A program made the position numbers and the translations under genes. Shown here in pieces: positions 16,227 to 24,804 of a DNA stretch of 32,000 bases; position 1 is the stretch's first letter; each line of letters opens with the position of its first letter. The DNA is from Patescibacteria group bacterium. GTDB lineage: Bacteria; Patescibacteriota; Patescibacteriia; 2-01-FULL-39-33. Location of the stretch: contig JBAZRV010000007.1 of assembly GCA_041662745.1 (NCBI GenBank), forward strand, positions 9,180 through 41,179, written 5' to 3'. The notes beneath the pieces were generated by a model that saw only the letters and a list, made by a program, of their open reading frames with translations, had not been told where the DNA came from and did not search any database.

Positions 16227-16255
16227 ATTTTAACCGATTTTAGCTCAAAAGTCAA
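16227..16255 (-). promoter_or_regulatory. Promoter-like element TTGACT-17 nt-TAAAAT
   Basis: Minus strand has TTGACT (16255-16250), a 17-nt spacer, then TAAAAT (16232-16227). Confidence 0.45.
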
Positions 16256-16271
16256 CGCCAAAAATCAACAA

Positions 16272-16730
16272 TTAACCGGCTATGACCTTTTCATAAACAA
16301 AAGCCGCTTGGTGTCCATACAGACTTTTAATTCGGCCTCGATTCCTAAATCCCAATTTTTTATAAAAATGCAGAGTTTTCCTTTCGTCTGCGGCCGCATC
16401 AACGAATAAGCTTTCACCAGGCTTTAATCTCTTAACCACGGCATTGACTAATTTGGTGCCAATGCCCAAGCCGCGGTATTTAGGACTGACAATCAGAATA
16501 CGCAACCAATTCTGCACAATATCTTGGCTGACATAAATAATGCCGCCAGCCAGATCCTCGCCTGCTAACGCTACAAAACTTAAACCCTTTTGCTTATACG
16601 CTTCCCTCAGATACTCCTTAGTCAACCACTCATCCTTCGGCCACTCCGCCTTACCCAATTTCAATAACTTAACCAAATCGGTTGCGCGCATCTTTCTTAT
16701 GGCCACTTTTGATTTTAAAGCTGATGGCAT
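16272..16730 (-). CDS. GNAT-family N-acetyltransferase (RimI-like)
   Basis: LIVSPKYRGLGIGTKLVNAVVKRL is GNAT motif A. 152 aa. Confidence 0.8.
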   Translation of the reverse strand: MPSALKSKVAIRKMRATDLVKLLKLGKAEWPKDEWLTKEYLREAYKQKGLSFVALAGEDLAGGIIYVSQDIVQNWLRILIVSPKYRGLGIGTKLVNAVVKRLKPGESLFVDAAADERKTLHFYKKLGFRNRGRIKSLYGHQAAFVYEKVIAG

Positions 16731-16738
16731 ATTTTCAA

Positions 16739-17368
16739 CTATAAAAATCTGCTTAAAATGTTTATCAGCCGCTGGAAAAGACTGCCGAAAATTCCAACAT
16801 TAGTAAAATTATCAATTAGCACCAGGGCTAATAAAATATACGGCCCATACATTAGGTATTTTTCCTTAAAGTCTGAAAATTTATCCGGGATAACGGCCAG
16901 CAACACCCTGGATCCGTCCAGCGGGGGTATGGGAATTAAATTAAAAACAAAAAGAGAGATATTGATTAAAACCAACAGGAATAAAAAATTAACTAATAAA
17001 TTCATCGGTCCCAATGCGGGTGAAATCATTTTGAAAAGGACGGCAAAAATAAACATTCCCAAAAGATTGGCTAAGGGGCCGGCAAAAGCTACCGCTGCCG
17101 TACCCCAACGACCGCCGCGCAAATTATAAGGGTTGACCGGCACCGGCTTAGCCCAGCCAAAACCGGCGATCAACATCATAATAAATCCTAACGGATCCAA
17201 ATGAACCAGCGGGTTGAAATTCAGCCGGCCCTCGTCTTTGGCGGTGGAATCGCCCAATAAATTAGCGGCCAGAGCATGGAAAAATTCATGAATGGTCAAA
17301 GTAACTAAAATTGCCAAAATCCAAGAAAGAAAAAATAACGGTTCGGTAAACAGCCAATTTAAGGGCAT
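16739..17368 (-). CDS. Site-2 protease family (M50) integral membrane metalloprotease
   Basis: HEFFHALAANLLGD (HExxH within a TM helix), multiple TM segments, NLIPIPPLDGSRV motif. Confidence 0.85.
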   Translation of the reverse strand: MPLNWLFTEPLFFLSWILAILVTLTIHEFFHALAANLLGDSTAKDEGRLNFNPLVHLDPLGFIMMLIAGFGWAKPVPVNPYNLRGGRWGTAAVAFAGPLANLLGMFIFAVLFKMISPALGPMNLLVNFLFLLVLINISLFVFNLIPIPPLDGSRVLLAVIPDKFSDFKEKYLMYGPYILLALVLIDNFTNVGIFGSLFQRLINILSRFL

Positions 17369-17419
17369 AAGGCTAATTATTGGTTAAAGCTTGATAATCA
17401 CGACTGAATCTTACCATAT

Positions 17420-17448
17420 TTGACTTGTTTGTTCAAATTTGTTAGAAT
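17420..17448 (+). promoter_or_regulatory. Promoter upstream of rpmB (TTGACT-17 nt-TAGAAT)
   Basis: TTGACT at 17420-17425 and TAGAAT at 17443-17448, about 100 nt upstream of the rpmB ATG. Confidence 0.5.
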
Positions 17449-17547
17449 AACTTTACATTTTGAAACTCAAATACCTCAGTTCAGCAGGCAACATTAAACC
17501 GCCCTGATTCCGAGGTAATATTTTAAAAAAATAATTTTACATTTTAT

Positions 17548-17724
17548 ATGTCCAAAGCATGTTCCGTTTGCGGCCGCGGCACCAGAAGCAGCTTTTCCGT
17601 CTCTCACTCCAACATTAAATCCAAGCGCACTCAGAAAATCAATCTGAAAAGCAAAAGATTGGACGGCAAATCAACCGCTATCTGCACCGCCTGCCTGAAA
17701 ACCAAAGCCAAAAAACAAAAATAA
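17548..17724 (+). CDS. rpmB: 50S ribosomal protein L28 (58 aa; below the ORF-track cutoff)
   Basis: My translation is MSKACSVCGRGTRSSFSVSHSNIKSKRTQKINLKSKRLDGKSTAICTACLKTKAKKQK. It matches the L28 pattern (CxxCG...VSHSNxK(S/T)KR...CxxC). Confidence 0.85.
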   Translation: MSKACSVCGRGTRSSFSVSHSNIKSKRTQKINLKSKRLDGKSTAICTACLKTKAKKQK

Positions 17725-17750
17725 TCATTGCTATTCCGCTTTTGCAGCAT

Positions 17751-17772
17751 CCCGGCTACGGCCGGGTTTTTT
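17751..17772 (+). terminator. Intrinsic terminator after rpmB
   Basis: CCCGGC-TACG-GCCGGG followed by TTTTTT. Confidence 0.85.
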
Positions 17773-17977
17773 GTTGCCGAAACATTAAAGTGATATAATT
17801 AATGAAAGCCGGACATTACATTATGTGGCCATAACCGACCGATGAATCGTGAGACGCATAAATAGAGATGCTATTTCAAGAAAAAATACAGCTTTAATTG
17901 GTAATATAATCAGCTAAAACGTCTTATTAAACTTGGCATTAACGACTGACACGCAGTCAGCGGTGCCAATTAAATAT

Positions 17978-18199
17978 ATGACAATACAAAAAACCGAGGC
18001 AAACTCAGGCAGGTGCGTTTGCGGGCAATGCCCTTCTTACAGCGACTGTTTGAGAGACAGAGCAGAGGGATTATTCTGCGCCTCGGGCAAAGCCACTTGC
18101 GAAATCAAAAAAAGTGGTTGCTTGTGTGGCGGCTGCCCGATCGCCACTGAATACAACTTAAATGGCGGTTACTGGTGCATTGAAGGAGTCGCGGAGTAA
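17978..18199 (+). CDS. DUF2769-like Cys-rich protein
   Basis: CVCGQCPSYSDCLRDRAEGLFCASGKATCEIKKSGCLCGGCPIATEYNLNGGYWCIEG fits the DUF2769 cysteine pattern as I recall it. ATG 17978 is preferred over the tracked TTG 17933. Confidence 0.7.
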   Translation: MTIQKTEANSGRCVCGQCPSYSDCLRDRAEGLFCASGKATCEIKKSGCLCGGCPIATEYNLNGGYWCIEGVAE

Positions 18200-18267
18200 G
18201 GCAAAAAAACAAAAGAACAAAATTCCCGCCCCTTTAGGGGGGGGGGATAATATTAAAAGTGAAAAAA

Positions 18268-18292
18268 TCACTGGCTTCGGCCAGCGATTTTT
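18268..18292. terminator. Bidirectional terminator between DUF2769 gene and ndk
   Basis: TCACTGGC-TTCG-GCCAGCGA (one mismatch) with an upstream A6 and downstream T5. Confidence 0.75.
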
Positions 18293-18319
18293 AAATTTGA
18301 ATTATCTTATGGGAAGATT

Positions 18320-18811
18320 TTATAAAGTATGCGCTTCGTAAACCGTCTTATAATCAAAAATCTCATCCTCATTAAACCAAACGTATATTTCCCTCTCTGC
18401 GTCAGCCTTATCAGCGGAAGCATGAACGAGATTAGCGACAACTTTTTTCTCCGTATCGGCATGGGAATAAGAAACATGGGAATAATCGCCGCGAATAGTG
18501 CCGGGAGTGGCGGACTTGGGTTCGGTTGCGCCCACCATCATGCGGACGTTGTCAATAGCATCCACGCCCTCAACCACAAAAGCCAAAACCGGTCCCGAGG
18601 TAATAAAATCAATCAAATATTTTCGGACATGTTCGCCGCGGCGGACGGCAATATCTTCGGTGTAATGCGCCTTGGCCTTCTCTTCGCTGACCCAGGCTAA
18701 ACGCATGGCCACAATCTTCATGCCCACTTTTTCAAAACGGGCGACTATTTCCCCCATCACCCCGCGCTTAACGGCATCAGGCTTAAGCAAAACCAATGTT
18801 CGTTCAATCAT
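18320..18811 (-). CDS. ndk: Nucleoside diphosphate kinase
   Basis: MIERTLVLLKPDAVKRGVMGEIVARFEKVGMKIVAMRL...GTIRGDY...NLVHASAD. Confidence 0.93.
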   Translation of the reverse strand: MIERTLVLLKPDAVKRGVMGEIVARFEKVGMKIVAMRLAWVSEEKAKAHYTEDIAVRRGEHVRKYLIDFITSGPVLAFVVEGVDAIDNVRMMVGATEPKSATPGTIRGDYSHVSYSHADTEKKVVANLVHASADKADAEREIYVWFNEDEIFDYKTVYEAHTL

Positions 18812-18812
18812 A

Positions 18813-19190
18813 TTATTTTAAATATTTTTTAATAACGTTTATCACATCAGCCGGAGTATGCTGCGCCTTGACAAAATATTCTTCGGCGCCCAGCTGCTGA
18901 CCCTTCTCCTGGTCGGATTCCTGACCCAAGTTAGTCATAATAATCGTTGGAATCTTTTTGGTTGCCGCTTCGCTCTTAAGCGAGCTAAGAATGGAAAAAC
19001 CATCAACTTCCGGCAGGATAATATCTAAGAGAATAATGTCCGGATCATCGGTTTTGGCCAGCTCAATCGCCTGGCTGCCCTTATCGGTTATAATGACTTC
19101 ATAACCCTCCTCCTCCAATCGCAATTTATACATATCCACGATCATGGCGTCATCTTCCACGAGCAGTACTTTAATTTTATCACCTGGCAT
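18813..19190 (-). CDS. Single-domain (CheY-like receiver) response regulator
   Basis: KVLLVEDD...DIILLDIILPEVDG...PTIIMTNLG...K. Start set to ATG 19190, because the tracked N-terminal 16 aa look artefactual. Confidence 0.88.
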   Translation of the reverse strand: MPGDKIKVLLVEDDAMIVDMYKLRLEEEGYEVIITDKGSQAIELAKTDDPDIILLDIILPEVDGFSILSSLKSEAATKKIPTIIMTNLGQESDQEKGQQLGAEEYFVKAQHTPADVINVIKKYLK

Positions 19191-19261
19191 AATAATAAAA
19201 ATTAGATTAATAATTAAACAACAAAGAAATCTTAACAAAAACCAACAATAAAGTCAAAAAA

Positions 19262-20152
19262 TCAATCAGCAAACATAAACTCCCGGCCGTCGCTGAATAA
19301 GCGAATATCGCCAGCCAAATCGGTACGAAAAATCTTAGCGCCCAACCGCTTCAAATAATACAGCGTACGGTAATGGGGATGGCCGTATTGATTGTCGGCG
19401 CCGACAGAAACTATTGCTAACTCCGGCGCTGCCGCCGACAAAAAACCCTTGTCATTGGCATTAGTTGAACCATGATGCCCGACTTTAAGCACGTCGGATT
19501 TAATCTGAACCATTGATTGCAACAATAGCCCCTCCTCATTTTCAAAATCTCCGGTATACAAAGCGGTGGTGGAGCCGTAAACCAATTTAAAAACGATGGA
19601 AGTATTATTAAGATTATCCGCATGTTCACCTTGCCAGTTTTTCTCCGGCGCCAGGAATTTCAATACCAAGCCGTCAATTGTTTCTTCTTGCGGTTGTTCA
19701 ATTATTTCCACTGGAATATCCTTCTCTTCAACCAGCCTTAAAAATTCCAAATAATCGGGCGCCGTATGGGTGACTCCGGTCATAATCACCTTGTTTACCT
19801 GATATCTCTTAAGGACTTCCACCAAGCCGGCGACGTGGTCAGAGTGCGGATGGCTCAAAATAACCGTCTCAATGGTCCGATCGGTCGGTGGCAAGTACTG
19901 GCCCAACCCGTACAGCACTTTATTATCGGGCCCGCCATCAACCAAGATATCTTCACCACCGGGAGTTATAATTAATGAGGCGTCCCCTTGCCCGACATCA
20001 AAAAATATCAATTCTAAAGACGAGGTGGAACGGATGTTAAAGGTTCCTAAAACGGCGCCGGTATGACGCTGGCAGAAATTAAAGCCGACTCCGGCCAATA
20101 ATAAAAAAATTATAACGAATCCGATTGAATATTTTATGCCTTTATTGGTCAT
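19262..20152 (-). CDS. ComEC-type metallo-beta-lactamase domain protein (membrane-anchored, stand-alone)
   Basis: N-terminal TM segment, then FFDVGQGDASLIITPGGEDILVDGG, SHPHSDHVAGL, VGHHGS and YGHPH, i.e. the C-terminal MBL domain of ComEC/Rec2. Confidence 0.85.
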   Translation of the reverse strand: MTNKGIKYSIGFVIIFLLLAGVGFNFCQRHTGAVLGTFNIRSTSSLELIFFDVGQGDASLIITPGGEDILVDGGPDNKVLYGLGQYLPPTDRTIETVILSHPHSDHVAGLVEVLKRYQVNKVIMTGVTHTAPDYLEFLRLVEEKDIPVEIIEQPQEETIDGLVLKFLAPEKNWQGEHADNLNNTSIVFKLVYGSTTALYTGDFENEEGLLLQSMVQIKSDVLKVGHHGSTNANDKGFLSAAAPELAIVSVGADNQYGHPHYRTLYYLKRLGAKIFRTDLAGDIRLFSDGREFMFAD

Positions 20153-20194
20153 GGATGAATTATAACATACCTAATAAAAAAATTTATAAAAACT

Positions 20195-20215
20195 AAAAAC
20201 CCCGAACTAACGGGG
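20195..20215 (-). terminator. Intrinsic terminator after the CARDB protein gene
   Basis: Minus strand reads CCCCG-TTAGTT-CGGGG followed by TTTTTAGTTTTT. Confidence 0.7.
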
Positions 20216-20243
20216 TTTGAAGGAATACTAAAAATGATGATTA

Positions 20244-21308
20244 TTACGGAACAACGGTAATATATTCAGAATAAGTATTGTTGTTTTCATTTACCTCCGC
20301 TAATTCGCTCGGCTCATCCGCCTTAGCGGTAAAGGTTTTCTTACCGCTGGCGATAAATTTGCCATTATAGGTTATCTCAAAAATCTGGCTGGTGCCAAGC
20401 GGTCTGGAGGCGGAAGGGTAATCGCCGTGATTTATAGTAGCCACGGTAAAATCTTGCCCGATAAAAGAAATATTACGCAGACCGGCCGAGGTCGTCAAAG
20501 CCGAACCGGTATTCTTAATTTGCAACACGACGTTATAATTGGTATTGACTTTAGGCTGCGAAGTGGGGAAAACAATATCGTAAACTATTAAATCTGGCTT
20601 AGTCGGAGAAACCGGGGTTAAATTGTAAACCAAACTGTAGAGGATGGACAAACCGCGTTCAGCCGCCGTAACCGAAGTCTTACCGCTAGCATAAGTCATG
20701 GTAGTCGGAACATCTTTGATAATTGAGCTTTCCTTATAACCATTAGCTTCAAAGCCGGCAGCGGTGACCTTTCTCTTGGCGCCGGCATCAATCAAATAAA
20801 TGTCTTTAGAACCAACATACTGGATTAAAGAACCGTCGGGCAACTTGGAAACGGAAGTAAGAATGCAAGAATTGTCTCTGATATAATCCGTCTCAAAAGA
20901 ACTTTGAATGATAATGGTACGCGACTGCCAATTATCTCCATACAGAGCGCGAACCTCGCACAGCACGCCGCCGGGAGTAACAGCAAAAACTTTGTTGCTG
21001 TTATCAAACTGCGCCAGATTGCTGCCCGGCCTGACTATGACATTCTTGCCATTATCAATCTGATCAAATTCATCTTGAGTAACAATTTTAATTTTTTGAT
21101 CCGACCAACCGCCGCTGTACCAAGTAAAAAAGGTGGCTTGATTGGAGAATAAATGACGCTTCAAATCATCATCAATAATATAAACCGCCGGACTGGACGC
21201 GGTTTTAATCAAATCGCCGGACATCGGTAAATAAGCGGCTCTCGCCGGCTTGCCGCTGCCGCCGACAATAATCAGGGCAATAGCTAAAATTAAAAATATT
21301 TTTTTCAT
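20244..21308 (-). CDS. Secreted protein with C-terminal CARDB-like domain
   Basis: Signal peptide MKKIFLILAIALIIVGGSGKPARA. C-terminus PDLIVYDIVFPTSQPKVNTNYNVVLQIKNTGS...EVNENNNTY fits the CARDB pattern. N-terminal part has repeated xYxIDxxxKR-type units. Confidence 0.75.
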   Translation of the reverse strand: MKKIFLILAIALIIVGGSGKPARAAYLPMSGDLIKTASSPAVYIIDDDLKRHLFSNQATFFTWYSGGWSDQKIKIVTQDEFDQIDNGKNVIVRPGSNLAQFDNSNKVFAVTPGGVLCEVRALYGDNWQSRTIIIQSSFETDYIRDNSCILTSVSKLPDGSLIQYVGSKDIYLIDAGAKRKVTAAGFEANGYKESSIIKDVPTTMTYASGKTSVTAAERGLSILYSLVYNLTPVSPTKPDLIVYDIVFPTSQPKVNTNYNVVLQIKNTGSALTTSAGLRNISFIGQDFTVATINHGDYPSASRPLGTSQIFEITYNGKFIASGKKTFTAKADEPSELAEVNENNNTYSEYITVVP

Positions 21309-21347
21309 ACTGCTGATATTTAACTACTAATAGTATAACATTTGATA

Positions 21348-21378
21348 TAAAAAATGCCAAACCCGGCGGGTTTGGCAT
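21348..21378 (-). terminator. Strong intrinsic terminator after the PilC-like ORF
   Basis: ATGCCAAACCCG / CGGGTTTGGCAT, 12-bp arms (21354-21378), followed on the minus strand by TTTTTTATATC. Confidence 0.85.
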
Positions 21379-21397
21379 TGAATTCAATGTTCAAAGT

Positions 21398-22054
21398 TTA
21401 CTTGAGATTAAAGCGACCGGATAACTGCGCCAAACGCGCCAATAGGTAATCAAGATTGCATTTTGTTTCGCAACTGTCAATGCCATCATCATCGGCAGGC
21501 AAATCCAAAAGGTCAGGTGAGAACCCGCTTTCGTTGGCATTAATCAGGCTGATTTCCATGGCAGAAAATTGTCCGGTTTCCGACATGGCCTCAGCGATAC
21601 TTCCGCCATCTTTGACAGAATCATGGATCTTTTCTGCCGCCTCCCGCAGTGGAGCATCCAATCGTTTTGAACTTTCTTTCAATGCTTGCAAAATAGGTAC
21701 ACCGAGAAAAAGCAACCTGCTTAAAATCTGATAAAAAGATTCATACTGATCAGCGCGGGAATAAATCGAGCCGTCGACAATGTAATGCATCGCCAAGGGC
21801 ATGGTTCCGCCGGTTTCTCCGCTTCTGACAGCGCACACTTCCAGATCTGAAAACATTGAAGACGCGCTTAAGGCCTTCGAAAAAGACAATCCCCCTCTAA
21901 CATCTTCAATGATTTTCTTAATACCGCGGTCAAAGTCATTAGTAGCGGATAATTGACTGTAAATAACGTTCAATGCTTGCATCAGTGTCAAATTCAAGTC
22001 CAATAAATTTGCCAGATCAAACCAAAACATCCGATATTGCATGGCTCGTGTCAT
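21398..22054 (-). CDS. Soluble tandem T2SSF-domain protein (PilC/GspF cytoplasmic domains without TM segments)
   Basis: Two repeats match the platform-protein signature. Repeat 1: FWFDLANLLDLNLTLMQAL...DVRGGLSFSKAL...VRSGETGG. Repeat 2: FYQILSRLLFLGVPILQAL...SVKDGGSIAEAM...INANESG. No hydrophobic stretch is long enough for a TM helix. SD AAAGGAGG 6 nt upstream. Confidence 0.7.
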   Translation of the reverse strand: MTRAMQYRMFWFDLANLLDLNLTLMQALNVIYSQLSATNDFDRGIKKIIEDVRGGLSFSKALSASSMFSDLEVCAVRSGETGGTMPLAMHYIVDGSIYSRADQYESFYQILSRLLFLGVPILQALKESSKRLDAPLREAAEKIHDSVKDGGSIAEAMSETGQFSAMEISLINANESGFSPDLLDLPADDDGIDSCETKCNLDYLLARLAQLSGRFNLK

Positions 22055-22166
22055 GATTATCCTCCTTTTTGCCCAGCCATAGATTGACGTGGGCGGTTGA
22101 AGTTGTAAAGTGCCTGAATTAAAACTAAATCATTCCTCTATAATTGTCAATAAAGCTATAAAAATA

Positions 22167-23699
22167 CTAAAGTTTATTATTCTGTCGCCAAATAAAACAA
22201 AATAACAAAAAATAAAAAATAATCAATGCCGGCAGACCAAAGCCAGCCAACTCAACAGAACTCAAAGGCAAGGAATCAATTAAACGGGAAACTGTTAGCC
22301 AATATTGAACCGCTAACCAAGTCAGCCAACCAATCATTTTTCCAAGAGCGGGGAAAATTGCTCCCGCAATCGCATTAATCAAACTCAAGATCATTAACGG
22401 CGGAATGATCGGCAAGATTAGCAAATTAGCCGGCAGAGACAATAGAGACAAACGGCCGAAATAGTATAAAATTAACGGCAGAGTGGAAAGCTGAGCGCTG
22501 CCGGTAGTCAAAACTATTTCCTTGATTTGCCAAAATTCCGGCCAATCTTTAAAATACCGCTTAATGATCGGCAATAAGTAACCCAATCCCAAGACTGAAG
22601 CGAAAGATAATTGGAAACCAACGTCATCAAGCAAGGTGAAAGGATTGAACAACAGCATAATTGCGGCAGTGCAAGCCAAAATGTTTTTTATTCCGGTCAA
22701 TCGTCCTAAGGCCGTAGCATAAAGCGCCGCTAACGCCATGATCGCCGATCGTACGGCCGAAGCCGGGGCGCCGACCAGAATCACATAGCCGGCAATGATA
22801 AAGACCGAAGGCCAAAAAGTTTTCTGGCGCCGGACGCCAAAAGCGATAAGCAAATTCAAAATAATGGCAAAAACAACAACCAAATGCGAACCGGAAACGG
22901 CAATTATATGTGTTAAGCCCAAATTAGCGAATATCACGCCGTAAAATTCCGGTATGCCGCGGCTATCGCCGAGGATGATGCCTCTGATAATTGAGGCTTG
23001 CGGTTCGGATAAGGAGCTGTTAATACCCCGAGTTAGCCAGGATTTCAAATGGCCGATATGCCCCAAAACCGACAAGCCGCTTGGCGGAGCCAAGGACTTT
23101 ACTTCAGCCAAAACACAAGCAACAAAAACCCCATCCTTCCGTAGATACCTGGCGTAATCAAAGTCATCAATCATCCCCGGACGGATTAAGCGACAACTGA
23201 CTGCGACCTTTTCGGCCAATTGCCATTCCGGATATAAATCAGTTTTAACCGCTACTCTATCGACTACCGGCCGATTTCTTACTTCTAACGCCGGTGAAAA
23301 ATCCGGGGTCGCCCTAATTAAATAACCCGCCTTAACTGTCAGCTTCTGACTGTCAACGGTTTTATCAACGCGAACAATCCGGCCGATGAATTCCACTGTG
23401 GATGAAGCATAACCGCTCAATCTTTCCGGTTGATTATATTTGGGCAAAGCCGAAACGCAACGCCACCAGCCAAAAATTAAAAAAAATAAAAATAATAAAA
23501 AAACAAGCAATTGGCCGTTGGCTTCATTTACCGGCTTTTTGTTCCTGATTCCAAAACCCAGAACAAAAACCGAAAACAATACGGTCAACCCCAGACAGAA
23601 AAGCCAAAAGGCCGAAAAAATAAAAAAATTACCGAAAAATATTCCGGCAATAAAAGAGAGACAGGAAAAAAATAATAACTGAGCGCGGCTTAGCGGCAT
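22167..23699 (-). CDS. comEC: ComEC/Rec2 DNA-uptake channel (DUF4131/OB + competence domain, lacking the MBL domain)
   Basis: 510 aa, polytopic. GLTHIIAVSGSHLVV is a competence-domain motif, and an N-terminal OB-like region lies between TM helices. Start overlaps the prfB stop (TAATG). Confidence 0.85.
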   Translation of the reverse strand: MPLSRAQLLFFSCLSFIAGIFFGNFFIFSAFWLFCLGLTVLFSVFVLGFGIRNKKPVNEANGQLLVFLLFLFFLIFGWWRCVSALPKYNQPERLSGYASSTVEFIGRIVRVDKTVDSQKLTVKAGYLIRATPDFSPALEVRNRPVVDRVAVKTDLYPEWQLAEKVAVSCRLIRPGMIDDFDYARYLRKDGVFVACVLAEVKSLAPPSGLSVLGHIGHLKSWLTRGINSSLSEPQASIIRGIILGDSRGIPEFYGVIFANLGLTHIIAVSGSHLVVVFAIILNLLIAFGVRRQKTFWPSVFIIAGYVILVGAPASAVRSAIMALAALYATALGRLTGIKNILACTAAIMLLFNPFTLLDDVGFQLSFASVLGLGYLLPIIKRYFKDWPEFWQIKEIVLTTGSAQLSTLPLILYYFGRLSLLSLPANLLILPIIPPLMILSLINAIAGAIFPALGKMIGWLTWLAVQYWLTVSRLIDSLPLSSVELAGFGLPALIIFYFLLFCFIWRQNNKL

Positions 23700-24800
23700 T
23701 ATTTTCCGGCTTGTTGCTTTAGGTAGGCGCCGACAAAATCATCGATTTCGCCGCCAAGCACCCGATCGGTATCGGCGGTTTCATAATCAGTGCGATGATC
23801 TTTTACCAAACGATAGGGTTGCAAAACATAAGAACGAGCTTGATTGCCCCATTGAGCTTGACGGTATTCTCCCTTAATTTTCTCCTTCTTTTCTCCGGCC
23901 GCTTCCTGATAGTACTGCAACAATTTTGATTTTAAAATCTTTAACGCCTTATTTTTATTTTGTAACTGCGATCTTTCATTCTGGCATTTAACAGTGATGC
24001 CGGTCGGCAAATGGGTCAAACGGACAGCGGAATCAGTTGTATTGACCGATTGGCCGCCATGGCCGCCGGCGCGAAAAACATCAACTTTAATATCCTCATC
24101 TTTAATTTCCACTGACTCAATTTCCTCAAGTTCGGGCAATACTTCTACTAAGGCAAAAGAAGTATGGCGCATTTTTTCTGCGTCAAACGGCGAAATGCGC
24201 ACTAATCGATGTACTCCCCCCTCAGACTTCAGCCAGCCATAAGCATAACGGCCGGTTACCTCTATGGTCGCCGATTTTATTCCAGCCTCTCCGCCGGCCG
24301 TTTCATCAATAATCTTAGCCTCAAAGCCGTGGCGCTCGCAAAAACGCAAATACATCCTTACGAGCATTTGCGCCCAGTCCATCGCATCCACTCCGCCAGT
24401 ACCGGCATGGACTGAAAGGACGGCATTCTCTTTGTCGTATTTATCAGAAAATAAAACAGCAAATTCCAAGCGGTCATATTCCGCTTGCAATTGCTGTAAC
24501 TTAGCTGTTAGCTCGAATTGATGGGCTTCCAGTTCGCCACTACTGTCGAAAATTTTCGACAACTCTAAAATCTCGGCTAAATTATCAGTCAACTTCTGCC
24601 AGATTCCCGCCTCCTTCTTCAAATCATCATATTGCTTGCTTACAACCTTAGCGGTTTCGGAGTCAGACCAAAAATCAGGTTTTGACATCTTGACCTCTAA
24701 TCGTTTCAATTCTTTTTCAGTTTGATCGGGGTCAAAGTAACCTCCAGGTGGCGGCTACCTTGTCTTGCAGCTCTTTAATTTTTAGTAACAAGTCGTTCAT
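23699..24800 (-). CDS. prfB: Peptide chain release factor 2, requiring programmed +1 frameshift
   Basis: Frame 0 from ATG 24800 gives MNDLLLKIKELQDKVAATWRLL, then TGA at 24734-24732. The site is GGAGG-TTA-CTT-TGA-C. The +1 frame continues DPDQTEKELKRLEVKMSKPDFW...SPF...GGQ to stop 23699, 366 aa in total. Confidence 0.93.
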
Positions 24801-24804
24801 AAAA

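Noticed and set aside
17452-17545. 10-nt direct repeat TTTACATTTT (17452-17461 and 17536-17545) and the TACCTC/GAGGTA stem in the rpmB leader as a regulatory structure
   Set aside because: The repeat is short and AT-rich, and the stem is only 6 bp. Both are within chance expectation for this composition, and no known L28 leader resembles it.
20153-20195. Leaderless mRNA for the MBL gene (TGTTATAAT only 7 nt upstream of its ATG)
   Set aside because: It is plausible but rests on a single -10-like match in AT-rich sequence with no convincing -35. It is too weak to report as a feature without 5'-end mapping.
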